In this document: piece after piece, positions 41,576-55,778 of the stretch
Numbering within the stretch: the stretch's first letter is position 1
How the letters are laid out: each line of letters opens with the position of its first letter
DNA from: Amoebidium appalachense
Lineage: Eukaryota > Protista > Ichthyosporea
Reading direction: 5' to 3'
DNA length: 64,000 nucleotides
Assembly (NCBI GenBank): GCA_963693365.1
Contig: CAVNZM010000008.1
Span: 3,873,572-3,937,571, forward strand
The notes under the pieces: generated by a model
Database searches by the model: none
Told to the model about the DNA's origin: nothing
What the model saw: only the letters and a program-made list of their open reading frames with translations
Made by a program: the position numbers and the translations under genes

Positions 41576-43103
41576 ATGGCATCACCCGTGGAACCAACGT
41601 TTCCTTGGACCCCAGAGCAGGTACACAGCGTACAACTAGCACTAAGGATCAGTTGCGGGTTTGGCTTCCTCGGCGCGTTGGCATCACTATGTTGCAACAA
41701 CAAGATTAGGGGAAGGCAGAGAGATGGAAAGCAGGCACGACATGTGATTTACATCAATTATTGTGTTGGGGAGCTGATGGTAGGGGCAGCCCTCTTCACG
41801 TCTACCTGGGCCATGGATACGAGCTGGGGCTGCAAAACGCAGGCAAGTTTTTTTCTTTCCCCATCCCGCTCCCATTCCTTCCACTCCCTTTTTTTTTTAA
41901 AAAAAAAAAAAAATAATAATGACAGCACAGTGGCCACTGTTAACGTTCTGAGCTCCCCGGGTGTTGGCTGTGCATGCGACTTTGCCCACCTTCCCTGTGC
42001 TTGCCCCCCCCCCCCCCCCTCCCTCCCCCCCTGGCCCCTCCACCCGCGTCTCATCCATCAAGCCAGTACACACCCCCGTGTTCACAACTCACAAAACACA
42101 TCCCACGCACACAGGCGTACGCATTCATAATTGATTAACAGCATCAATATTCGCTTCAAACGTGGTGCACACCTGCACAGCCAGTAGATGCATGACATGG
42201 ATCATGAACCCATTGTTAACCATCTGTGCAACCACACAATGGCAGGCATTTGTCATGATCCTTGGCAACGGCGGAATCTTCTGGACCACCGCTCTCATGC
42301 TCGACATGTATCTACATCTCGCACATGGGTGGACCGAGGCCAAACTCATGTCGCTAATGCCCCTATACTACCTACTTGGGTGGGTCTACCCATTGTCTTT
42401 CGCCATCGTACTAGCAAAAGGTGACTACTTTATGCCCGTGGGGCCTTGGTGTTGGATAAGCGACGAATACAAATGGGCACAGATCGCGACGCATTATGGT
42501 TGGGCGTGGTTTGGGACGGTGTTTGGAATTTTTGCCGTTATCCGCCTTACGTGTATCATCAACAAAAACGTTACAAATTCCCGGCAGCAGTTAAAGGGGG
42601 CACCGTTGCTTATGGTGTGCCAAATGTGGATGTTTGCGGTCGTTTTTAACCTTATTTGGGTTCCCGACACGGTCTCTTTCGCTTTTCTGCACTTTCCAAA
42701 TAGTGTTTCCCTTGAGACAATGTATGGTCTTATGTTGTATCTCGCCGTCGCTATACCCCTTCAGGGAGTTTTCTATTTCTTCATTTACGTCGGTCCCACG
42801 ATATTCACGAGAAGACAGAGCATTTTGCCATGGCCGGCGGGTGGAAAACTAGATGGCGTAGTGCCCGTGGTGATAGTAGGACGAGGGAACAGTTACAGAT
42901 ATCCGGTATCGCCCGGTAACGAACCGCGTCACTCTCAACCCAAAAAGGAGGAAAAGGTGGAATTTGTCAGTACCACACGGCTGCCATTAAAGGTGACTTC
43001 GGGCAGGAAAAAGTTTACTGGTTTAACGAGGAAAAACGCCAAAGGTGGGGGATTGAGTTATGAGGAGACGGATCAGCTGCAAGACCTGGATATTGCAGAG
43101 TAA
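41576..43103 (+). CDS. cAMP-receptor-like (Dicty_CAR/Git3/GPR157-type) 7TM GPCR, 2 exons, 374 aa
   Basis: Exons 41576-41842 and 42246-43103 are joined by a GC-AG intron (CAG|GCAAGT..GGCAG), giving GCKTQAFVMILGNGGIFWTTALMLDMY (TM3), YYLLGWVYPL, GPWCWIS, FNLIWVPDTV and PLQGVFYFFIY. Seven hydrophobic segments, no disruptions. Confidence 0.88.
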
Positions 43104-43568
43104 AAAAATTCTAGAAGCTTGGGGTGCATACACATGCGTAGGCGCGGTATGCTACACACACGTTAGCATCCAAGGTTGTACACGGACGATTACTCTCGTG
43201 CGAAAAGTGTGCACAACTTACACGTGCACATACACTAGGCACGCACGTGCTCGCACTAACACACACACACACTCTCACACTCACTCACTCACTCACTCGC
43301 TCACTCACTCACTCACTCACTCACTCACTCACTCACTCACTTACGGCCCACATACGCACACAGGTGCACTTACACACACACACACACACGCACATGCACA
43401 CACACACACGCACACGCGCACACGCACACACACACACACACACATGCACGCACACAAACAAGCACGCTTGATGATATTTGCGCACACGCACACTCATGCA
43501 CGCAGGCACGCAGGCCTAGGAACACACACACACGGGCGCGCGCGCGCGCGCGCGCGCCCGCACGCACG

Positions 43569-43689
<121 letters not shown>

Positions 43690-44425
43690 TATGTGATACT
43701 GCCAAAGTTGGAGTGACACCACATGGCACATGAACACCACACGCCAGTAAAAATGCAGATCAACGAAATCTAGGGAGATTTCTTGCATGCCTGTGTAACT
43801 GCAATCAATGGGCCTAAGCTCGCGTGTATACTTCTACGTGCATGCAAGATATCTGTCATAAAGTAATGCCATGACAATATATAGGCCTTCAGGGGGTTTC
43901 TGTTTGGCTTCCGGGTCGGGTCAGATCGGGGTGATTTTAAGTGATATGATTGGTGTGATGCGCACCTGCTGAACCCGAAAGATTCCCTATATAGAGAAAT
44001 AATGGATAACGTTCATCTTTCTTTGGTTGGCTTAGAGCAGATTGGTTATCGGTTTCGCTTCAATGGCATGCTCCGGTATGACATCCCTGAAACTTGCTAC
44101 AGGACTGAAGTAGTATCATGGTGATCTCGTATTTACATTGTGATCTGATTGGTTGAAAGATAAATAAAATATGGTATGTAACGTCTAATGATCATTAGTT
44201 TTAGTTCACAATTCATTGTGATGCAAAGTTGTTGTTGAAATCTAAATTTAGAGCTTGCAAGAGTGCGGCAGGATATTATTTGATTTATACAATGCATAGG
44301 CAATTTAGCTCGTTTAGCCTTTACGGCATATATGATGCGGTAATGTGTCCACGAGCCTTTAAGGAATACAAAAATAGCTGTTACAGCAATCCCGTGGCAA
44401 GTATTGTCAAGCTACAGTTAACCCC

Positions 44426-44456
<31 letters not shown>

Positions 44457-44644
44457 AATAAAAAAAATCCACCCAATATAGACGTCGATGATTAAACAGC
44501 GCATTCCCCCACATCATCATCTGAATTAGGATTCATGGGTCTTTTTTTTGTGTTTACCGTTTTACGATCGTCTATGACACTGCCGTTCAGTTTGGTTAGG
44601 ACTCAGGACTCATCCCCCTTCACCTCCCCCTCCTCCTTTCTCTT

Positions 44645-44675
<31 letters not shown>

Positions 44676-45229
44676 AAATCCCCCTTCCCCTCCCCCCTCC
44701 TCCTTTCTCTCCCCACCCCCCCCCCCTCCCCCTTCCCACATCCCCCCTCTCAGCAGCTAGTTAACTAACAATAACCCCCGGGGTGTGTGTTTTACCTGCC
44801 CCCTCTGTCCCCTCCGCCCCCCCTTTCCGTCCGGGTGGTCATGGGTGGGTGATGGGGGGAACTAAACTGCTACTGCTAAACGAGGAAGTGGGTCTTATGA
44901 TGTACCCCCCCCCCCCCCCTCCCCCCTCCCCCCCCCCCCCCCCCCCCTCCCCCCTCCCCCCCCCCCCCCCCTTCCCCCTCTCCACCCTTACGGGCCGGGG
45001 GGCCCCCTTGCCGACCTAAAAACATTTCTTATGTGGATCATACTCCCCCCCCCCCCCTCCCCACCCCCCCCCCCCATCCCCCTTCTTCCCTCCTCCCTCC
45101 GGGCTCTTCCGCCTAGCTTGGCTCAACTGGAAGTTGGGACCCCAAATGAATCCTCCCGCCCACCCGTGAGGCTACTGACGGGGTGGAATGCATATATGGG
45201 GAAGCCCTCTATTATTATTATCATTATTG

Positions 45230-45297
<68 letters not shown>

Positions 45298-45384
45298 TTA
45301 AAAATGTAAGAATGTGAAAGAGATCTTGAGAGCGAGGGTGACAGGTGTTTGTGTTTTTCGCTACAGAGTATGGCTGTGTTACAA

Positions 45385-48300
45385 TTTTTTTATTTTTTTT
45401 TATTTAATCACGTTTTGTTCCCGGAGGGCCTTTTCAGGCCCTCTAGGGAAACTACCGTCTACCACACAGCACCGACAGTACACTAGTTAAGGTGCTATCT
45501 ATGAGTTCAGCTAAGCTAAACCATCCTTCACAACCTAACTATAAGTACACACTTTGCCCAGGGCTACTACCCCAGCCACGCCGGCAGGAGGCTCCAGTCC
45601 TCCCCTCCCTTCAAAACCTAGCAATAAACGTTAACCGAGGGCTCTCATTGGTCGATCTACAGTATTGGGAAGTCCTAGGTGTTGTGTATAATATTTACGG
45701 TGGGTATGGGTGGATGATGGGGTGTGGTGGTGGTGGTGGTGGGGGGTTGCTGCCTAACATTATGTGTTGGTGTACGTATGTTGTGGCGATGTTTTTGTGG
45801 ACTAAAAGGTGGGTTTTACAGGGCACCCCGGGTCTGTGGGTGTTCCGGCATTCAGAACAGGCCGGCCGGGTGTGTGTGGGGGGTGTATTTGTTGGTTTTT
45901 TGGGTTTTTGGAGAGCCATACTTTTCTTTCTACGGGTGGTGGGTATATGGTGGTGTTTTTGCATTTTAGGGTGGGTGGGGGGGAGTGTTGTGTTCCGTGG
46001 GTGCCAAATTTTTGAAAAGAAAAAGGATTGCAACTCTACTGTGATTTTTCCTAAGATGGCCCGGGTGGTGGTCTTGGTGGTGCCGGTGGCTGCAAGTAGT
46101 GGGCCCACCGATCGTGGGCAGAATCCCCGTTCGACCCACTTGGTGTCTTCGGGGTCAGGTGGGTCACCGTTGCCTCCTATCCAGTTTATCCATGCACATT
46201 GGTCTACCACCGTGGCTGCCGTATGGTGGTGCTGTGCCGTGGGGGTGTTTGGATGACGAGTGTGCAGGACGTTGTGGATGCAGGCTGTGATGGCGGTGGT
46301 CAGGGTGGGGACTTCCCCGGCATGGGCCGGGCAGGCCCAGAGGTGGGTAGGGTGCTGGCTGCACCGGGGGCATGTGGGCTGTGTAACGACGGTGGGGTGA
46401 TCTCGGTGTAGCCGTGCCATGGTAGGCAGGGTGCCCATGGCCAGGGACAGGCTACGAGTGTTTCCTCTGACTGCCCCGATGGTTGCCTGTGTGGGCCCCT
46501 TGTTGAGCTTGAGGGGGTTCCGTTCGGCTGGGAGCAGTCTGGGGTCGGCTAGTATGGACATAGCCTTGGTCTTGCCGGCCATGTCGGTGAGGAAGTCCTT
46601 GTTCAACCGGTTCAGTGTACCGGGAATGTTGCCGGGGATACGGTGGCCTTGTAGTCGTAGGAAGTATTTCCCCCCCCCCCCGGGGCCGGAGGTAGGGGGG
46701 GGGGGAGGGGGAGGACTCTTCCTGCATTGGCTGCCTTGTCTGCCTCGTTATTCCGTTGACCGTACCGTTTGGTGTTGGATTGGTGCCCCTTCACCCACGA
46801 TACCTGTACAGAGCCTGGTTGCCGGAGAGAGAGTTGGTCTCGTACGTGAGCCCATTCCACTATGTGGGGGAACTTTAGCTTGCGTCGAGGGGGTGTGGTG
46901 GGGTCTATATTTGCCGTCCATCGGTCGACTACTCCGAGGTTATCGAGCTTGATGTGGATGGGGGTGGTGGTGGGGGTGAGCAGGAGGGCTAGTAGTACCC
47001 CTGTGAGTTCGGCTTGGGTGGATGATAGGGCCGTATGGAGCCTGGTCTTGGCCGTCACTGGAGGTGCTTTCCGGTCCGGGGTGTCCAGTACCGCCCCGGC
47101 TCCGGCCTGGGCTATCCTCCTGCCCGGGTGGATGAGGCTGCCGTCCGTATAAACGGTGATCGGTTGGTCTGGGGGGATCAGGGTGATTTGCTGCTGCCAC
47201 TCGTCATAGGTGGCCTGGGGCACCAAGTCGGTGTAGGTGAGCCTACGGGGAGTGTGTGGGCTCGGCAGGTCAGCCGGGTGGGCCGTGCACTTGTGTCCTG
47301 GTGGTGACCCTACCGGTGGTGGCTGCTGGGGGGGGGGGTGGGCCGGGGAGGTCCCCCGGTAAGGGTGTGGCTTCCTCGTTGGCTTGCAGGTGGAGCATCT
47401 GGGGTGATGCCTGTTGGTGGGGGGGAAGATGCCGCCGGAAATGGTGTATCTTCCTCCACTGCTCGGCCGGATCGGAGCCATCCTTCAGTGCGATGACTTG
47501 GTAGATGTCGATACTGTCGGTGTTGATGAAGTCCTTGTGGTACTTCGGGACTACCATGTGGGTGGTGATTCGGGTCTTGAAGGCCACGTAGGGGTCTGCC
47601 CGTATCACCTCCACAGCACGGGTCCACCCCACACACTGCTTGTTGTGGGTGTGATTATCGGCTGGGGGCTCAGGGGGCTCGTATTTGCTGTTGGTGCTGT
47701 CGGTGTTAGAGTCCTCTGAGTCGTCGGAGTCGTCGCTGGGCCCCGTCGACTCCGATTCTGGCTCCGTGTCTAACCCTTCCCCCTCTCCGTCTGCGTACCC
47801 GGGGTTGGGGGAGAGGGTGGCCGGGGTGTAGGCTAGGTTCCATGGGGAGTGGCCGTATTTGCAGTCACCAGGGCAAAAGCGGAAATGGGCTGTTCCATGT
47901 GGGTCGTTCCACGTGGGTCGGTGCCATCTCAGCCCCTCCTCCTCTGTGTTGTCCCGTAGATGGGCTATTTTGACCCAAGCCTCCCCGTTGTGGGTGGTGT
48001 GGGCCACCACCTGGCTGAGTTCGTATTGCCCGTTCTTGACTATTTCCACCACGAATGCACCGACGGGGTGGTTTGGCACGAGGTCAATGGTGTGGTGGGT
48101 GTGTGGTCTGGGTGCTGGCCGTAGTTTGTCTGCGATGGGGATGGCCCCCTTGATGATGGACCTGTACCACTGTGTAGCTCCCGGGTGTAGTAGGTCTGGG
48201 GGGTGGGGCAGTTCGGGGAACGCCCGGAACACCCCCGGCCGTACCATGGTGTCCTCCACCGTGTAGAGTTGACGGGGGTGTGTGTGGGGGCCGATGTGGG

Positions 48301-49283
48301 CCGCAAAGGTGTGGTCCGGGAAAACGGTGTTGATAGGGGTGCTGGTTGTTGTTGCTGCTTCCCCTCCTTCTCCTTGGGGGGAGGGGGGGGGGGTGGGGTG
48401 GGGGTGCTTGTGTTTTTTGGGGAGGGGTTTCCCCAATACTCAGGTGCCGCTCGTGAAGGATCCCCGTGATATGGGCCCAATAGTTGTGGAGCTGCTTTCC
48501 CCCTAGCCTGTAAAGTTTGGCTGGGGGTGCTTGCAGGGGTGGGTAGGGTAGGCCTGTCACGTGTTGCTGCTGCCAGGCTCGGTACCGGACCACGTCCCCT
48601 GCTGGTCCTGGTGTTTCCAGCAGGGCACACAGCTCCGTAACCATGGTGCTGGCTGCTGATTCGACGATGCTGGCCAGTCCCCCTAGAGTGGGATGGTGTA
48701 GCAGCCCGGACGGGGTGCTCCGGTGGAAACCACACTTCCGACGGAGTAGGTCTCTCCACTTGCTGTCGATTGCCTGCATGGTGGTGTTGCTGATGACTGA
48801 CCCTTTGAGGAGGAAGAGGATGGCCGGGGCCACCACACTGTTGGCTACGTAGATCACTTGGCTGGGTGCCAGCATTTTACGGGCTAGTATGGTGGTGGCC
48901 CGTAATGTCAGCTGCATGGCCTTCCCATCGTTGGGCCGGGTGTGTCGTTGGAGGGTGATGTTGACCCCTAGCACTCTGATGTTTGCATCGGGGAGCTCGA
49001 TCTGAATGGGTAGGGGTGGTGCTCCCGGGGATTTGCGGTACTGCATGGGGGCCACTGTTGCCCGTGTTGGGGTACCACGGGCGAGGACTGAAAACTTGTC
49101 TGGGTGTGGTTCCAAGTCATGGTAATAAAAAAAGGGGGCAGATAAATCGAGAGTTTGCTGGATGCTCTCCTTGTTGGGGCCAAACCATGCTGTGTCGTCG
49201 GCGAAGGCTACAGACGTCACACACGGGGGTGTTTGTGCCGGTGTGTGGTGCTGTGTCTGTGGGGGTAGGTGGAAAGTGTACCC
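45385..49283 (-). mobile_element. 5'-truncated non-LTR retrotransposon (LINE) encoding RT, RNase H and Zn-finger
   Basis: Perfect 15-bp TSD ATGGCTGTGTTACAA at 45370-45384 and 49284-49298. A-rich tail at 45385-45405. RT motifs AFADD and IRVLGV; RNase H motifs VYTDGS, SSTQAEL, KLDN, WVKGH, NNEADKAA; CPRC..HLWAC knuckle. Confidence 0.95.
45695..49283 (-). pseudogene. LINE ORF2 remnant (partial RT, large insert, RNase H, zf-RVT-like region)
   Basis: Four overlapping ORF pieces (48084-49220, 47270-48436, 46612-47481, 45695-46606) join by frameshifts at G/C runs (~48385, ~47335, ~46675). No other internal stops seen. Endonuclease and the N-half of RT are missing. Confidence 0.88.
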
Positions 49284-49491
49284 ATGGCTGTGTTACAAAC
49301 TAATTTTGGTTTACATGGTCAGACTCTACTTTGGTCCAAAACCGTTAGCCACGGGGCTCAGCACTGCCCCTCGTGTGCCGCATCCATTGTTACTGCGACA
49401 ACGAATCGGATGGTGGTACTGGTTACTTAATCATTTGGCTAGCAGGACTGTTTCGTCTTCAAATATTGGGTGGTTGGGGGGGTCGACCGGT

Positions 49492-49525
<34 letters not shown>

Positions 49526-50989
49526 TGATGGGGTGGTGACGAGACGACGATTTGGGTCAGCCATATTAGCCAGCCTCCCCCCCCAAAGTCCTGTGTTCTC
49601 GCCTACAGTAGGGGATAACGTTTCAGTGCTGGAGCTCCGCCCAGCTGCCTGCGTTTGGTTGAGTCAACATGCCGGGATGGGGCCGGGGGGGGGGGGGAGG
49701 GGGGAGGGGGCGGAGGGGGGGGGGGGAGAAGAGAAAGCCCCCCTCTCCCCCTCCCCTCCCCCCCCCTCATCATTCTCCTCGTCGCCCGCCCGCCCGGTCT
49801 TCTTCTTCTTCTTCATCTTCTTCTTCTTCCTCTCCTTTTTTTTAAACGCTTTCCGTTTTAGTGACTCAGTGGCACCAGAGAAGCTGTGACCGTTCGGCCT
49901 CTAGCAACGGGTGGTGATAATTTAGCCAATAGTTTGCTGAGTTGGGTGCCATTTAAGCCAATCACAGACGACTAGATTGTTAGAGTATGGGGAGATCCTC
50001 GGCGCAAAAGTTATGTTGTCTGCTTCTGTCGGTGCTTTCTACCTCTCTTTTATATGTATTCTTTCCAAGAACTCTGGATGTCTCCCTACATTTCAAAATA
50101 AAATAAAAGAAAAATTTGTTAATCGGTTCGAAGTTCTTCTTCTTCTTTCAAAGTTGGCAGAAGCATATGTGGCTCTTTTGTGTAATTAGATATCGCCTAC
50201 ACGGTTAGCGCCTTTGATTGGTTCGACTTTAATCCCCATACACCTTCTCAAGAATATTCATTAATTTGTACCATATGTAAAAAAGAAAAAGAAAAACCAT
50301 TTTTTTTAGAAGCTACTGTTAGCTACACGTTTTCTATGTCTTTATCCAGCATCAGTGAAAACCTTATATATAAAGAATTTCAGGTGTTATGACATCAATC
50401 AAGCACCCCATTGTCAACGGATTTGTTTAACGGTATTAACCAGGCTATTTAGGATAAACAAATTTTCCCTTGGTAAAGAGCCCCCAAGGGCAGTGTGAGG
50501 AACTTGATACGGCGCCAGTCGAAACTCGAAAGCGAGTCGGTTTTGCAAAACCTCGGCTGAGGTGTGTCTATACCCGAGTCCATACATCCTCTTGTTTGTG
50601 CCACAACAGCTTTTAAGGCTTTGTAAACTTACCGACTTACTACAGAAACAGACGCATCACGAGGGAACATACACCCGAAAGCTAACGTGGTTATTACTCT
50701 TTTTCCAGTTACATAAAAAAGGGTTTGCATCACATCTTGATGACATCGAAGCCAACCAGTTCTCGCTTTTTTCAAAGTTTAGGTGCCTTATTCTCTTTGC
50801 CCCAACTCCACCCTTGTCATATCAACACCACATATCACACACCAAAAAATCTTCGTCCGCACCAATACAGACGTATACACACGCAAAGCAAGTGTGGGTG
50901 GGTCCCTACCCCACTCATCTTTTACTGTTTTCGGGATGCAGCTAAGCCTAAACCATAACCAAATTAAAAAGGTAGCAGCCGCCGTCCCC

Positions 50990-52049
50990 ATGCGCTCACC
51001 GAGGTTAAAGACAGTCGTATTGGCAGTTGTTTTTTTTGCTGCTGCTACGCTATACATTCTTCAGGAATGAGGGGAGATACGACGAAGAATACGGTAAATT
51101 TCCCCTCCCCCCCCCCCCCCCCCCCCCTCCTCTTTCTCACCTCCAGCCTCTCCCCTTACAGCATCCCCTTCTCTTCCACTGCCTCTTACTTCTCTTTTTT
51201 GCCCTGCCATAAGTTAACGTGTTGCCCCTGTGCATTCTTGGTGTTGTTGCGTGGAAGTATCCTAGATCTACTCATGGTTTAGACACGTATAGCGGCACAA
51301 AATCGGTCACAACCTTTGCACGCACGTGGTTTAACAGATACGCAAGAGTATGTATAAGGGCGTACGTGCGCACACGAACACACATCTGCACAAGCACATC
51401 TAAGCACCCAGCTACACACGCACACATGCACGCACGCACGCACGCACGCACGCTTGCACGCACACACACACCCACACGCACGCGTGCATGCACAAAAACA
51501 CACATGTACAGAAACCCAAGCACATTGACACTTGCCCACTTAAATGCATTCACAAGGACATACGCTCACAGACACACACATACACAGCATTCACACACAC
51601 ACACACACCTAAAAAACCCCACATGTCCACGCGCAAAGACACAGACAAACATACAAGCACTCCTAATATCACTTGCACGTCTTTCTTGAACTGGTCTCAT
51701 TATCGAACATCCACTTTAATCCCCCTCTTGTGTCTCGTTTTCTTCTTTCTGCCCTGTTCTCAATGATTTCCCAGCCGCTGCCTGTGTGTAATGTTCACAA
51801 CCCTATGAAGTTGAAAAGGGAAACAGGCATCCAACGTTGCGTGCTCTTAGACAAGCAGACATGCAGAAAGATGTATGTCAGCACAGGCGCACACACAAAC
51901 ACACATGCACGTGGTAGCTCCTTGTAAAACAGATGCCCCAACTACTGAGAGTGTGGTGCGAATACACAGTATCCCGGTCTATTTGAACATGCATAGATAT
52001 GCGCATCTGATATACACATGCTCTCTCTAATGGCGAAATAAGGACAGGC

Positions 52050-52093
<44 letters not shown>

Positions 52094-52186
52094 CGCGCGT
52101 GTGTGTGGTGGCGGCGGTGACGGTGGTGGTGGTGGTGGTAGGGTGGGCGGGGAGGGGGGTCTGGGGGAGGGGGAGGGTGTGTGTGT

Positions 52187-52221
<35 letters not shown>

Positions 52222-54202
52222 AGGGGCGAATGGAGCTTATTACTTCCATTACTCCATCATCTCCCCTTCCCCTCGGCCATTCATCCTCTCTTGCATCCCC
52301 CCCCCCTCCCCCCCATCCCCTCTTCTCCCCTCCCTGCCCCATCTCCGTCCCTTATATGACTGTCAAACCACTCCTCACTCTCACCATACTCACTCGTTGT
52401 CTTCTCACCTGTTCCTAACCTGTCACATTCCCACACCTTTCCATTAAAATCATCATGAGTTTCTTCACAATCCTGTTATTTACTGACGTGTCTCTCCTGC
52501 TCCGGCCTGAACATCACTCTCTTTACCTTCACCCACCCACCACCAACCCTCTCACCCCTCTTATCCACAAGCACTCGTAAACACATGTGCACGGCACACA
52601 CCCACACGCACAGGCGCTAGCACCCACACACATGCATACACACACATTAAGATATTAACAAGGTCTCTACGCAGAAGTTCACACAACCGCGTACACACCC
52701 TTAAGACCTACATGAGCGTGAAGGTGCTTCACACTTGATCATTGCACACACACCCACACATGTAAAAAAACGCGTTAACTTCACACTTGATCATTGCACA
52801 CACACCCACACATGTAAAAACACGTGTTAACTTCACACTTAATCATTGCACACACACCCACACATATAAAAACACGTGTTAACTTCACACTTGATCATTG
52901 CACACACACCCACACATACATGTAAAAACACGTGTTAACTTCACACTTGATCATTGCACACACCCACACATGTAAAAACACGTGGTGGCATGTACACATT
53001 AGCATATGCACGTACACACAAGCACAAGCACAATTACACGTACACACGCGCGGATCAACACATGCACATAAAACACACCTACAGTTACCCACACCAACAT
53101 TGACAAACAACACTCATACGCTCACACAGAAGCCCACCCACTAACGTATATTCCCACTCCCCCTCCTGCCCTCACCCCCCACCCTCCCCCGGGGCTGCTC
53201 CCCCCCCCCCCCCCCCCCCCCCCCCCCAACCCACTCACACACAAACACACACCCATCCAACCATCCACCCACCAACCGACACACACACACACACATACAC
53301 ACACATGGGCACGCGCGCTCATGCACACAAACACACGCGCACACACACACAAACACATACACCCTCAACCCCTCCCTCCCCCCCTTCCTCCCACAACACA
53401 CCCACACCCACACACGCAACTTCCCCCCCCCCCCCCCCCCCCCCCCAACACACACACACACATATACAGATGCATCCGGTCTATCTAAGAATGATATTCG
53501 AGTGGACACATTTGCCGGCTCCGACATAGTCATATACAAGGACAGTCCGAGGGATGCCCTATACTTGCAGGGTTTTAACGGCGCGCCCTTTCAAATCGGA
53601 ACACGGTTTACGTGGCATGTTCCCGATAATGTCAATGTAGACACCTCACTGGGGAGCATCTTGCAGGTAAGAAAAACCCCCTCTTTTCCTTTCCTCTTTC
53701 TCCCCCCCCCCCCCACCCCCCCCCCCCCCCGGGCCATCCCTCACCCCCTACCCTTCTTACCCCTCCCCCCTACCCCCTCCAAATATCCCAAGCATGGGCA
53801 CTTGGATAGCGTGGGTTTTCTTTGTCCCCCCTCCCCCCCCCCCCCCCCCCTCCCCCCCCCCCTCCCCCCCCCCCCCCCTTCCTCCTACTTCCCCGTCCCC
53901 CACTCAAAGAACGGGTTTACTTTGTTTAGCACTGCTGTGTGTGATTGCTTCTATGTTAGTGACCCTCTAATGCTTACCCCCCCTCCCCCCCCCCCCAAAA
54001 AAACGGGGTCGAAACTCAGACGCAATTGATGACTTGGGCCCTCCCTGAGGATGGGCTCTGCTTATGACGCATACTGTGCGCATGGCTGATGTTACATGTT
54101 TCAATGTTTGCCTTTGCATGTGTCCTTCGTGTATGCGTACTTCGTACCGTGTTTCGCATTCAAACCCCCCCCCCCCCCCCCCAACCCCCATCCCACACCC
54201 CC

Positions 54203-54270
<68 letters not shown>

Positions 54271-54580
54271 ACCACGGAGGATGGGCCTTGGATGGTGTAT
54301 AACTCTTTGTTATTTCTCTCCATTTCGTGGATCACATGGTTTTGTGCAACTAAATCTAATCCCCCCCCCCCCCCCAATGAACCCCCCGTCCGCCCCTCCT
54401 CCCCCTCCCCCCCCCCCCCCCCCCCGGGGACGGGCTCTACTTACATGTTTATTGTTTGCGTGCTTTGCAGAATCGGCATATTTTTTCCCGTCATGGATGC
54501 GTACTTTGTACTCTGTAACAAATTCTAACCCCCCCCCCCCCCCCACACACACACACACACACGTACGCGCGCGCGCACGT

Positions 54581-54663
<83 letters not shown>

Positions 54664-55738
54664 CACACACACACACACGCACACACGCACACACACACAC
54701 ACACACACACACCCTCCCACTCCCCCCGCCCCCCTCCCCACCCCCCCCACACACCCACACCCACACACATCCTCCCCTCGCCCCCTCCGGTCCCCCCCCC
54801 CCCCCCATCCCCTCCCACACACACACATTCTAGGTGAATGAAGTCCACACGCTCCCTGTTGGTGTGTACCCCTTCACGGTGACCGTCACCAATGCTGCTG
54901 GGGGCATGTCCTCTGCTACCACATCAGTGCACGTGGTAAATAGACAGTCATATATGACCCCCGAAGGTGTGTTCCCTCCCCTTCATCCCTTCTAATTTTG
55001 TCTCTTTTTCCTTTTTTGTTTTAATCTTTTGAGGTTTCTGAATTGTCTTTGTTCAATGGTTGCCATCCGTTGAGGCATATGTCTACCCCCAACTCCCCCC
55101 CCTCCCCCCCCCCCCCCCCCCCCCCCCCCCCATCCTCTCGCCCCCTCCCCCATTCTCGCTTCCCGCTCTATGGATTGGTTCTATTTGTATCGCATACTTA
55201 ATCTTTTCTGAGCCTGCGCATCGTACTTTGCACCGTATTCCCTTCTCCCCCATTTTCCCCCCCCCCTCCCCCAGTCCCCCCCTCCCCCCCCCCCCCCCCC
55301 CCCCCTCCCCTTCACACATCCATTTTCTTTCTTGGTGATGATGGGCTGTCCATTCAGGGGTACAAATCATTTTAAATGGTCATTTATCATTATTTTTGCA
55401 TGAGTTACTTCACTTTTTATTGTATGGGTTCTGATCATTGTTTTTGCGTACGTACTTATACATTCCCACACAGAAAAAGAGACGAGCATGCAGGTGGCCT
55501 TATCTCGGCGGATAATTGTTACGTTACCACAGAACGAAGTGAGCCTAGCAGTTTTGGATGCGGAAAGGGAGAGAAGGTATCGCGTGCAGTCGTACGATTG
55601 GATAAAGGAGTCTGGAAGCCCCCACGATGGGCAGGTATGGGTGTGTGTGTGGAAGAGGGGGGGGGGGGGGGGAGGGGGGAGAACGGGGGCAGAGGGAGGG
55701 AGGAAGGGAGTGTGTGTGTGTTTGGGGGTTGTGTGTGT

Positions 55739-55778
<40 letters not shown>

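Noticed and set aside
49299-49900. Lys-rich minus-strand frame as LINE ORF1 or 5' region
   Set aside because: It lies beyond the TSD, so it is flanking host sequence; too fragmentary to call a gene.
45468-50036. 11-bp inverted match AGCACCGACAG (45468) / CTGTCGGTGCT (50026)
   Set aside because: The second copy lies outside the TSD-defined LINE, and a match this short is expected by chance.
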